A stretch of 64,000 nt of DNA from Camelus ferus (taxonomy: Eukaryota): NCBI RefSeq assembly GCF_009834535.1, contig NC_045697.1, forward strand, positions 59,832,001 to 59,896,000, given 5' to 3'. Shown one piece after another: positions 35,511 to 47,306 of this stretch. How positions within the stretch are numbered: position 1 is the stretch's first letter; each line of letters opens with the position of its first letter. A program made the position numbers and the translations under genes. The notes under the pieces were generated by a model. It did no database searches, was not told the origin of the DNA, and worked only from the letters and a program-made list of their open reading frames with translations.

Positions 35511-38500
35511 AGAAAACATGGCATAAATCTGCTGTCAGATATTTTCTAATATATATCCCCTTCATCTTTTCTCTCTTAAATTGTGTTGTTCTACCTAGAG
35601 GTGTCCCCAGAGTAACAGGAAGCTTACTGAACTCAAGAGAAATAAAATCTGTGCATCTTGAGTTCATGTGGTTGGGAAAGATTCAGAGAGAAAGCACAAA
35701 GGGTTGATCAACACATGTGCAGTTTATTCCCCTATATTTAATTATGTACCTCAGGTCTCGGATGGGGAGCAGTGAGCCACACAAAAGGATTTTTTCCATG
35801 CTTTTCCTTCTTGGGGACTTTAGCCAATGTTTTTTCCTTCTATGAGAAATGGAGGCATACGCGACAATAAATTCTAGTAAATAACATTTTATGAATGCAA
35901 TTAAAGTTTAAAAGGACATTGATTCTATTTAAGTCCTTAATATAACTTCAGACATATATGTTATCTCTTCCTAGCTAATGTAAGTTGCATTTTAAAATGG
36001 CTTTTTTGACAATGACTCAACCTGTAGAGCAACCAAGGTGTTGTGGGTACGGCAGTGTATGTGCACTGTACAAAGGTATCTGGCCAAAGGGAGAGTAGAG
36101 AGGTTAAATCCAGCACTTTCCATGCTTGTCAAACCCTTCACTCTCTTTTGAGGCTGAGCCAGGATGTAGGAAGGGCTGTCTTGTATTAACATGCCGAAAA
36201 GTGCTGCTTGTTTTGCACTTTGCACAAAGACTCTGTAGAAGGTAGTGGAGGCCTTTTTTGACAAAAGGGGGTTCGATAAAGATGGCCATCTAAGAAACTG
36301 TTTTAATATACGGCTATCATTTGGGAGCAGATGGGACTTTTAGAGACCTGTAAATTGTATCTCACAGGCCACTATGTTACTACTTAATAGTGGCCTTGAC
36401 TGTAAAGAACAGTGCAGCATTTTCAGGTTTACTGTTTTTTTTTTTTTTTTCTGTTTGAGGCCTTGAGTTGTAAATAATCTTGAATGTAGCTTCTATATGC
36501 TTAAATATTGAAACATTTTATGGATGCAAGTGTTCTGAAAGGTATAAGAGGGGTAACTTCCTGCTAGAATAAAACACATGTTTCCTTCAGAGGCATCTCC
36601 ACCCTGTTCATGTAGCATAATTGCACTGTGTAGAAAGAAATTCAGAAACAAAATAATAGCTATCAGCTATCACTTTTATATAACTCTCCAGCTAATCTTA
36701 TGTATAACATTAAAAAGTGGCTTTCATTATAGTGGACTTCTATTTCTTTTTAATTGCTTCCATTTTTCTTGAAGTCATTAATATTCAAAAAATTCAGTCA
36801 CTGCACTTACCTCATTTCCTTTTGAGATCCTTAGATGAAAGACTTCATAAAGCTATAAAATATAAAGAATTATTTCCATATTGGAATCGTTTTTAAGGCA
36901 GGATTCCGAAGTCTTGCTTTACACAGAATAAGCCTGGACTCTTTTGATATCTAACAGCTGAAAAATTACTTTTGAGAAAATGTTCTTAAGTTCAAGGACT
37001 TTTGTCTCCTCTGATAATTGCTCAAATGTCCGTATTTTACTTCATGTTTTGTTCTCTTGAGATTTTTTCTTTTATTCTAATCACATGCAAAATTCTGAAT
37101 ACAGAAAGTATGTTTTAAATTTAGAAATTTATTTCAAAAACACTGGCCTTTCTCTCTTTAGAGGGCAGTGTTGAAAGTGCTGTTTTGCATTTGCCTTTTT
37201 AGTGTATTTTTTGAGTGAACCTCTGTAATGTAAAGACTTCAGTTTCATCTTTACAGTAAGAGGAGATTCACTTATGTGCAAGTTCTGGTAAAAAGGTATT
37301 GTTGGAGATATTTTAAAATTTAAACACATAGGTTAGAATGAATAATGTCATGTTTTTCAGACATTTTTTAAGATACATGTAGAACAGTATTTATGTAAGT
37401 CCAGGTTAGTGTATTTTTTCAAAGCTATATATTATCATTATTTTAGATATGTTCTTTGCTTGTATGTAAAATCTTTTTACAAAACTTGGGTAATATATTA
37501 AGAATACTATTACTCTTACTTCCACTTATTTCCTTGTTATTAATATTTTCAAATATTGTTAAATAATCTTCAAAATTGGTATGGTAATTGTCTCCTTGTC
37601 AATAGGTTGGGGTGTAAGAAAAGTCTTACTGTCTTCAGTGTTTTAATTTAATGGTACAAATCACTTTACTACCCACGAAGAGAATGACAATTTCTTCTCC
37701 CAGGCCATTCTTCCAGTAGCAATTCTATACCATCTCATTCATACGTCTGTCCAAAGGCTGCCCTGATCACAAATCTATCAATGATGGAGCCAGAAATTAT
37801 GAGTAACCACTGTGCAAAGATGCTTCCAGCACCACCAAGCGAGTGATACAGTGCCCAAATGGACACCTAAGAGTTTTGCCCAGTAAGACTGTAGCCCCCA
37901 TCTGTGATTAATCTCTTTACTTCACTTGTGCTCTTGAGACTGAGTCCTGTCCTATCTTCAGAGGTCTTTGAAGAGAAGGAGAAAAGAATGAACCACTTCA
38001 CTACCATCTCTGGGTCTGTTCTCTTAGATGGAGCCTAAGTTCCCAACATTATAATACTTATTTTAATTATATAGTATCTTTCCTTAAAAATGCCATCTGT
38101 CCCTAAGAGACTGAGTCTAGTGGATTTTTACATTCAAACTCATAACCATTTCCCCCACCTATCACTGGACTGGAAAGAAGTGGCTGAACACTAATCCCAG
38201 CTCTTTCTACTTCCATGACAGTTTACATACCCAGGACTCCTTGTCCTTCCGTATTGGAGATACTTGAGCAAAATGATTTCTGTACCTTGTATACATCAAA
38301 GCCAGATTTCCCATAGAGGACATCACTTTCCTGAGGGCTTCTCAGTCAGTTCTCCACATTTTTACATATAAAAGTATTTCAGAGCCTGGAGATGATGTCA
38401 ACCGCCTCTTCCCATTCTAAACAAATTTGAGACTATAATGTATCCTTAAGGAAAATCTTTACAGCTTTTAGAGCAATCGTTTGCAGCCCTATTTGTCAGA

Positions 38501-39379
38501 GCAGGGTTGCATTTTCTATCATCCCATCAGACTCCTGAGCTCTACATATTAATAATGTATTCCCCAATTAAAAATAAAATTTAAAGATTAATTTTTTTCA
38601 AGATATTCACAAAGAAATGATTTGTAAATCTTCTAAAGATTTTTTCTTTGATGAGTAAAGTGATACTTCACTATTTCCAATTGGGAAATGGAATAACAAC
38701 AAAGAAAAGAGAAAAGAATTCTTTTTGAAAAAGAAAACCTTAATACATTGCCTTGTCTGCTTTAGCTAACTCCTTCTGGAGCGGTCTCCTTTTCTACCTC
38801 CTCTGACCTGACTCCATGGCTTGTTTGCAGTATAAGATTGGGGTCCTTAAAGTGTCTATATTTCATCAATTAGAAGAAATATTTTCTCACATATTATTTT
38901 ATCTCCTCAGTAACTCTCTGCTGTCCCCACAGCCCCTTCTCTAAAGACCTCTTATATCATTGGTACTTTTTTCAATTAATTATGACTTTGAATAGGAGAA
39001 ATACAGTTAATTAATTCTACTGCTTACTGTTATTAGGGATTGGATTCCTTTAGCAGCAAAATCAATTCCAGCTTTTTCATGGGAAGCTTTTGATCTTACT
39101 CACATCTACTAACCCGACTTCACAGGCTGTTGCTCTTTCCAAAACCTAGAGTGCCAGGAGCCTGACAACTCCACAATGGGAATTCTGGCACTCGTACTTT
39201 GAAAATGCTGAGTCCCCATCTCATCTCCTTTCTTGTCATTGTTGGTCCTTAATGACAATTTAATCTGTTTCCTCCACTTCCATTTTAGCACATCTGCTTT
39301 CTAGATCCAACTTCCTCTCCCTTTCCTTCTTTTCTAGATTTTCCACTGCAACCAGGGACCTACTTTCCATGTTTAAATA

Positions 39380-41310
39380 TTTCATCTTCACTTTAGGCCT
39401 GTTTCATAGAATTCTTCTATACCTACTTGTCGAATGGAAACTGGTCATTCCTGCACCCCTGCCCTAACAGTCTTCTCATAGTTTCTGCTTGTTCTTCTCT
39501 ACCCCAGTTACTGCAGAGTTGGGAGGGCATGTCAGCTTCCTCCTCCCTATCCAACCTACTCTCAAATACCATTTCCCCACCCTTACAGAGTGGAAAACTT
39601 TATATAATTGAGATCCACACTATCCAGGAATATTACCCTTTTCATCTCTGCCTCACTACTCTAGAAACCACCTCTCAGTTGCTGAAGAATTTGCCTCTCC
39701 TTCATGCTGAGAAATTCGTGCATCCTGGATAAAGTCGTCTTTGTGAGGAAATATGAGATATCACACTTCCCTCCTGATGCATTAACCTTCTAAGTCTTAT
39801 ATGCTCTGAATCGAATAGTGTCCTTACCAAAGAGGTATGTCGAAGTCCTTACTCCCAGCACCTCAGAATGTGATCTTGTTTGGAGATAAGGTTTTTACAG
39901 AAGTAATTAAGTTAAAGTGAGGTTATGAAGATGGCCCTAATTCAATATGGCTGGTGTCCTTATAAAAAAAGGATAAATTTGGACAGAGAGGCAAACAGAT
40001 ACAGAGGGAAGACGATGTGAAGAGGCATGGGGAAAGACGGTTATCTGTAAGCTGAGGAGAGAAGCCTGGACCAGGTCTTTCCCTCTCAGCCCTCGGAAGA
40101 AATCAACCTTTGAAATACCTTGATTTTGGACATACAGCCTCCAGGGTTTTGAGAAAGGAAACTTCTGTTGTTTAAGCCACCCAGTTTGTGGTGCTTTGTT
40201 ACAGCAGTCCTAGTGAATAGGTAATATAGCATACCTATTACCAAAACTCAGCTCGGCATCTAATTCCAAAACCACAACTTGTAATTTAACACCCATGACT
40301 GATAAACTCACAATTGTTAAACTCAATAATTCCATACCCGACTACAATCTTTTTCTCTTGATATCTTCTCACTTAATATATACTTTGACTCTATCAAGTC
40401 CACTAGCCTTTTGACACGTTACTGTCAGTCAGTTCTCTGTCTTCAGTGATTGCCCATCTAACTTAGGCAATAGAATTCCTCGTTTAAACTCAGCTGCTGT
40501 GCCATTGACATTATATTGCATCAAATGTTACATTTTATTCCTGGAATTTTCTTCTCCTACATTTGAACTCCTCAGTGTTGCTGGAAAAAAAAAATTCATG
40601 TAACCACAGACATGCTGCCTGTACAAATTTATGGTCTCAAACAGCACTAGATCTCTATCAAAAAGTACTAAATCTCTACCCTTCTTTTATTTCTACTCAA
40701 CTCTCACCATTCATCTCAAGTACAGCTTCAAACCGTCTGTTCTCCTCCCACCTCTTACCCACTTTTTACTTTCAGATGACCTCATCTGTTTCTCTCAGGA
40801 GTCAAACACCATCATACTGAAACACCCGACATTCTTCAGTCTCAATGAGAAATCCAGTATCTGCTCCCAGAATAGTTGTAGTAACTGTAAGATAACTGTA
40901 AAGTAGCTCCTTTGATGTATGCTCTCTATGTTCAGAATTTCACCTGTTCATACCTCCATCAACTAGTCATTCTCGTTTTTTAGTCGTCAAACTTTTCCTT
41001 TCCGTTGGCTTCCTTATCCATTGATCAACAGCTGTTATATAACACTCTACTATCTTTCAGCTGCTTCCACTTTTATCCATTCCCACCAAAGCTGTTTTAT
41101 TACAGACAATTGTCCTCTTTTGCCTGAATTACTCTAACATCCTCCTAAATGTGTCTATATTGTCCAGTCTTGCCAACTACTGAAATCCAATCCATTCTTA
41201 CACTACAATTCTTGCAATCACAAATATTCTAAAATATAAATCATTTTCTTTTCATTATTTTAACCCATGGATGTTCACCAAATTTAGTAGGAAGCCCACA
41301 TCCATCAGTA
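39380..41310 (+). mobile_element. Decayed L2 LINE fragments (host of MLT1B)
   Basis: CT-rich L2-like sequence (ctctcaccattcatctc..ttcaaacc..; ctaacatcctcctaaat..tccagtcttgcc..tccaatccattcttacact). Confidence 0.5.
39802..40228 (+). mobile_element. MLT1B-like MaLR solo LTR
   Basis: gaagtccttactcccagcacctcagaatgtgatcttgtttggagataaggtttttacag..tttaagccacccagtttgtggtgctttgttacagcagtccta. Confidence 0.92.
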
Positions 41311-41320
41311 TTATATAAAG

Positions 41321-41445
41321 TAGGCCTGTCATCCATCTTGGTTTGCCTGAGAGAATCCTAGTTTATACTTACTGTCCCAGCATAATTTTTAATTACATCT
41401 GTTAGCATTCAGAACATCCTGATTTGGATGATAAATTATCCTTAT
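41321..41445. mobile_element. MER94-like hAT-Blackjack relic
   Basis: ttggtttgcctgagagaatcctagtttatacttactgtcccagcataatt..tcctgatttggatgataaattat. Confidence 0.7.
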
Positions 41446-41629
41446 TACAGATCTTTTTATCTGGCTTTTGGTACAGAGTCAGTTCATCTTTTCTTTTTCT
41501 GATTTCTTTTTCAAGAGACACAATTTATTGACATATTTTAACAAATACAAATATTAACCAATATGTGACTATCTTATATGTAAGTTAGAGATATTAAAAT
41601 GTTTCCCAATAATGCACAAACATACTACT

Positions 41630-41728
41630 TTTGTTTATATAACAGCTTTGTTGAAGTATACTTCATACACCTTGCTATTCACTCATATTAAGCATAAAAT
41701 TCAATGGTTTTGGTGTATTTACAGCATT
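41630..41728 (-). mobile_element. L1MB/MC-type extreme 3' end (about 100 bp)
   Basis: Reverse strand ctgtaaatacaccaaaaccattgaatt..gtgaat..tatacttcaacaaagctgtta is the L1MB-like terminus, followed by A-rich sequence. Confidence 0.75.
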
Positions 41729-43550
41729 CTTCAGTCCTTACTTGTTCTTCAGTTTTTGATGCTATCATGATATCGTCAATGTAGTGTATTAGCATACTCA
41801 GAAACTGCATGTAGTCCCCCTCCTAGCCAAATTATGACAGTAAGTTGGTGAATTCAAATAACCCCGTGGCATTCTAGCAAACATAAATTGGGCTCCTTCC
41901 CACATGAAGGCAAAATTGAGTTGGCTCTTTTTTGAGATCAAGATCAAGAAAAAATATTTGTAAGATAAATGATTGAGTATTGGTCTCCTTAGCTCATTGT
42001 AGTTTTTCCTGCAGGCGATGAATACAAATTAGTGACTGCTGCTGCTCTAGGTGGTACTACTTAATTGAATCCTCCATAATATATTGTTAGTCTCCATCCG
42101 CCTTTTTCGCAGGCTGCTCAGGGCTGTTGTACAGCAAACTTGTTGGTGACAGTACTCCGACTTCTAACATGTCCTTAATTAAAGTGGTAAGTCTTTTGTC
42201 CACCAGGCATCTGATATTGTTTCATACTAATAATCTATGTGGCAAATCTCTTGGTTGCCATTTAGTGTGTCCAGTGAATACTGAGTGAAGAGCAAACTTA
42301 CCTGTCTTCTGTTTTACAATACTAAATAAAAGAAATGTTCACCAGTCAGACATAATATCCACCCCAATAGAGTCATGTAAAGATGCAAATGCTTCACACA
42401 AAGTCTGTTCAAATTCTAATTTTTCCTCCAAACTTTTACCTTAATCTTATCAACCACTGCGTCTTCACATTATCCCAATTTAATTAAATCTTCATTAGGA
42501 CTTCATCAAAGGTTTTGGCATTACAGTGCGCTGGGCTTCTGGGTCAGAGTCCCAGAAAGAATTCTTCTCCACCCCTGGCCACTTTCCCCTGCATGGTCAT
42601 GTGGTGTTGGGAGACCTTGTTTCCGTCTTCAATCCTCATTTTCATTAACTTCGCACACTATCAGTGTGACAATTCAGGGTCAGATTTCTCATTATCCTTT
42701 TTGTCTCCTGGCTTTTAAAATTCCTACGAATGAGGATAAGTAGAGGAGGTTTTTTTAGGGCCCTTCAATGTTGGAGGCTCCCATCAGTCCACCCCACCTC
42801 TGATGGTGTTGCATTAAGACATTTGTTTTGATTCCATCAATGTCTGCTTAATTCCATTAATACCATTTCTTAGTAACATTGTTATAATTTCCACCCTGCT
42901 AGGACAAATCCCTTGACTATTCCTTCTAATTTCCTCAGCATCTGTAAGACCCGTAAGAGGAAGCTGACACACCAAATGTGATATGGGTTCTCTGACTGTT
43001 GCTTGATTTTGCAGCAGTTAGTTTATATTGGGTGTTTATGCTGAAAGGTTCCTTAATCACCTGTTTGTCATGATCTGGATAGGAAGCATACTAATTAATG
43101 AATATGTAATGATCATAAGGCCAATCCAGCAAAGAGGAGTTCCACTTGGAATTTAAAGGAGAGGAAAGACAATTCTCTTTCTCAAAGTAAACAAACTTTA
43201 CAACAGCATTTATCTAGTCCACCGTGCTGACTGACCCCTTGGGAACAAACCTGCTGTGTATTTAGATCATTTATAGGCAGATATAATTGTTCAATAACAC
43301 ACAGTGGGTCCTGTGTCACCCAAACATTCTCCTCTATTGTGTAGCATTGAAAACCAGAGAGACAGCTCCTGAATTAGTCAATCTCATAATTTTAGTAAAA
43401 GTCCTTTAGGAAGCTAATGTTACCAATCTACAAAATGAGACAACTCCTTCACACTATACACCCAGATTTCAGTAGATTTTTGGTTTTGTTCACCCTCATG
43501 CTACCTGCACTAACTTTTTAGTGAACAGAGATCATAGAGGTGCAGTCTCT
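41729..43550 (-). mobile_element. Class III (ERVL-like) endogenous retrovirus internal fragment: decayed gag, protease and N-terminal RT; no LTR seen
   Basis: Manual reverse translation gives KQYQMPGG..LIKDMLEVGVLSPT..YNSP..WRLT, FAFMWEGAQFMFARMPRGYLNSPTYCHNLAR and MLIHYIDDIMIA (YIDD at 41772-41783); gag-like YSVKELSHFVDW near 43440; frameshifts and stops present. Confidence 0.9.
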
Positions 43551-43559
43551 TTTTCCAGC

Positions 43560-43690
43560 ATAATTTATGATAGCATTTAAAGAATGAAACAAAATATATT
43601 TAACAAAAAGTGGTCTAGAAACTGAAACTATAAAGCATTGGTGGAGAAAGTTAAAGAAAACTTGAAATAATGAACAATACATGTTATATT
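43560..43690 (+). mobile_element. Short old L1 ORF2 fragment
   Basis: tttatgatagcat..tttaacaaaaagtg..actgaaactataaagcattggtggagaaagttaaagaaaac parallels 830-960 of the first L1. Confidence 0.55.
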
Positions 43691-44296
43691 TTTTAAATGT
43701 TTACAAATATCAGGGGAAGTCCACAAGGTGAAAAATAAACATTACTGCAAATTTTAAAAAATATTTGAATGTCTATATTAATTATTGACACTGATTGTGA
43801 CTATCATATATTTCTTATATTGATTAAATGGGTCTAACAACATGTTCCAATATTCTAAATCTCTCATATCATTTTTTCTTGATGAATTGGTGAAATACCT
43901 TATCAAAAATACTGCCAATTGGTTTGAAAAATAGTGTTGGCCTCAGAATCTACTGGTAAGCAGGTCTCAGGAATTAATTTATGATTGCATGTGCCTTAAT
44001 GTTTTTGCATGCTATTAGGAATGCTTAAATTTCTTAGCAACTACTATAAAGAAAGGTCAATGTCTTAGTTTAACAAATCAGTGTGATATTCTCTAAATTA
44101 TAATTATTTAGATACCAACAGAATGAGAAAAATAATATTTCAATAATAAAATTGAAAGACAGGCTAAATTAACGTCGTACAACATGAGTGAGCAGCAATT
44201 TAAAAAGTCTGTTCCCCAGACCTCCCGTGTCGTGGTCTGCTTTCTGTATAGTAAGATGGGCTGCCTCTCCCTTCTTTATGCATGTGAGTCTCCATC

Positions 44297-44683
44297 AGCG
44301 TCTCAGTCTGATCAGGTTACCACAGCAAAATACCACAGGTTGTGTGGCTTAAACAGTAGAAACTTATTTTCTCAGAGTTCTGGATGCTGGAGAGGTCAAG
44401 ATCAAGATCCATCAGGGTTCAGTCTCTGGTGAGAGCCCTCTTCCTGACTTGCAAGTGGTCACCTTCTTTTGTGTCCTCACATGCTTTTCGACAGAGAGAG
44501 AGAGAGAGAGAGTGCTCTGGTATCTTTTTTTATAAGTGTATTAAAACTGTTCAAACAGGGCCCCATCCTATGGCATCATTTAACCTTAATTACCTCCAAA
44601 AGGCTCTATTTCCAAATACAGTCATATTGAGAGTTAGGGCTTTAACGTAAGACTTTTGAGGGAGCACAGTTCAGTCCATAGGA
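44297..44683 (-). mobile_element. MLT1A-like MaLR solo LTR containing an (AG)n run
   Basis: caaaataccacaggttgtgtggcttaaac..agaaacttattttctcagagttctgga..tctctggtgagagccctcttcctg..cacagttcagtccata. Confidence 0.9.
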
Positions 44684-44699
44684 ATCAAATGCCACTCTT

Positions 44700-46790
44700 T
44701 TTGACTCGAGAACTGGCTAAATCTTTCAGTTATATTTTAAAATTTTAAGGTCATCTATATCCAGTTAGCTCAGGAAATCACTCTGGATTCTACCTCACAC
44801 ATTTTCTTCCCATTTCTGCCAGGATTTTCCTTGAATGTCCGGTCTATTGGCTTACACCCAGATTGAATCCCCTTGCCTCATAATCTCATAATTTCTGGTA
44901 TCCTAGTTATTAGTACATTGAACTGTTTCCCTGGCTTATTTTTAATTTTGATTCTGGATAACACCTCTCGATGCCCATTTTAACAGGGATATACTGCAAG
45001 TCACTGATAAAGTCCAGATTATCCCCATAATCAGTTTACTTCAGTCTGGACCCAATGTTCAGGGAACACAAAAGTCTGCAAAGGAGAGTGAAAAAAGAAA
45101 ATGCTAGTTAATTATGTAATCTCTCTGTAGTCTTTTCAACTACTTTCAATTTGTTCTTTTGAATTTACATTTGCACTACTTCAGATTTTCCCGTCTCATA
45201 ACCAGACTACTATTTTATCTTTCTCACCTTACAGCCCATATTGAAAAAATTACCTTTATTCTTTGTTCTACTTTCTCACTTTTTACTGACATCTCAAATC
45301 ATCGCTAATTCATCCAATGGAAATGCTCCTTCCATGCTTAATTCTTGCTGTTAAACACAATTAATGAACATTTTTGTCTTTTTCTGACAAGAGCTTGCTT
45401 TTGATTGATCTTCAAAATCCTTTTTCTATTATCATTATTATTACTCTTACTCTTATTTGGCAATCATATGTTTTCCTCTTTCTCTCTGTCTGCCCCTTTT
45501 CGGAATTCTTGACTGAATCGTTACCTCAACTGTTGTCATTTCTTCATGTTCTGAATTTAGTCCTGTGCTAGTCTCACACCACTGACTCTCTCCAGAAGAC
45601 TTTATTACATTTGCTTTTTAATGTCATGTATAAACTGATAGGAGCTAATCCATATAAGTCTAACTCCTCACTGTACGTTTTCATTTAGGCCACTTGCAAC
45701 ATAGTCACAACTGATTAAACCTGTCCTCAGACCCCAATCTTTTCCACCTTCTATATGCATCATTTCACATGAAAGGAACAACGCTGAGCTAGTGTTCAAA
45801 GTCAAAACCCAAAAATACTAGTCACAAGTCTCTGCTATGGTCTGAATATTTGCGTCCCTTCATAATTCGTGTTGAAACCCTACCCTACAAAGGTGATGGT
45901 GTGAGTAGATGGAGCTGTTTGAGGGTGATTTAGTCATGAAGGTGGCACCCTCATGAACAGGACTTACTCATAAAAGGGGCTCCAGAGAGACCCCTCGTCA
46001 CTCCGCCATGTGAAAATACAATGAGAAGTCTGTGATCCAGCAGAGAGCCCTCGTCCAACCATGCCAGCACTCTTATCTTGGGCTTCCCGCCTCCGAAATG
46101 AGGAATACATTTATGTTGTTTAAAAGCTGCCTAGTCTGCGGTGCTTTGCTATTGCAGGCCCGAAAGTTTAAGGACACTCTCCCTTAGCTCCCAAGGCTAG
46201 TTAGTCTCCTAATTTCTAGTGTCCTCATTCATCCTGCTTCTTCTGTTCTTGCCTACCTACCTCTTCATTCTCCACTGTGTTGCTCAATTGATCTTACAAG
46301 TCTGGTTCTTTATTCCTCTGATTAAAAACCATCCAATGATTCCAAGGAGCTTCAGGACAAGCCTCCTTATTTTAACATCCAGGATGCTTTCTGATCTGGC
46401 CCATATTTACCCTTCCAGTCTCAATTCCTACAGTTGTGTGCTCATATTCTGAGCTTCTGCCATTCTGAACTCCTTGCTCTCTCCCAACTGGATCATGTGC
46501 TCAGGTTTTCAGAACATTTAATATGTACCTTTCCTGGGTGAAACACTCTCTAACACTTTCTTTTTGTTTCTTAGCAAATGTACATTAATCATTTAAGACT
46601 CCTCATTTTCTTCCCTGTGCCTAACACTTTTCTGTATATTCAACTATCCTAATTTGTGTGTATCTTTCAACTAGCAATTACTGTAATTGCTTATGTACCC
46701 ATCCATAGGAATGAGGGTGTATCTCGTTCATCTTTAAACCTCAACTTCTGGTATAGTGCTAGATGTATGGATTGCCAGATGCACAGATGT
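44700..46790 (+). mobile_element. Decayed L2 LINE fragments (host of MLT1A0)
   Basis: L2-like 3' region: aggatgctttctgatctggccc..ccttccagtctca..ctgaactccttgc..agggtgtatctcgttcatcttt..tggtatagtgct. Confidence 0.5.
45833..46176 (+). mobile_element. MLT1A0-like MaLR solo LTR
   Basis: TGCTATGGTCTGAAT start, ..aggACA end; flanks gtctc / ctctc fit a 5-bp TSD with one mismatch. Confidence 0.92.
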
Positions 46791-46842
46791 TAGCAAAACA
46801 CATAAAGAGAGCTTTAAACTTCCAAGTGGATTCAGAAGCTGA

Positions 46843-47306
46843 ATGCCAGACTGTATTTTCCCAGAGTTAGTCACAACAATATCTCCTATTCCAACATGCT
46901 CTTCTAAAATGTGACTGTGGAACTTCTCCTCTCAAGACCTGTGGTCTATGCTGTCTCACTGCATCACCTCAGCCTTGTTTCCTGGAATGCTCGTGCTTGG
47001 AGGCTCAGACTGCCATATGCTAAGTCGAGTTACATTAAGGCCACTATACTCTGAAAGCCAGGACACATAGAGAGGTCATGTGTGAATCTCAGGTCCACAG
47101 ACTTCTAGTCCTGCCGGCTGGAGAAGTGAATAAATCATACTTCAGATGACTTTGACTGCCAGACATCAAGTCATTGTCAGTATTTGAGTTTTCCTGGCTA
47201 TGGCATCAGACTTCCTGGGTCCCAGGCAAGTAGTCATATTAAATAGTTGTTGTTGCATGCCACTAAATTAGGAGTGGTATGTTACATATTATTAGAAATT
47301 GAAATA
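46843..47306 (+). mobile_element. MLT1G/H-like MaLR LTR
   Basis: cagactgtattttcccagag..cacaacaatatctcctattcc..gccactaaattaggagtggtatgttaca. Confidence 0.7.
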
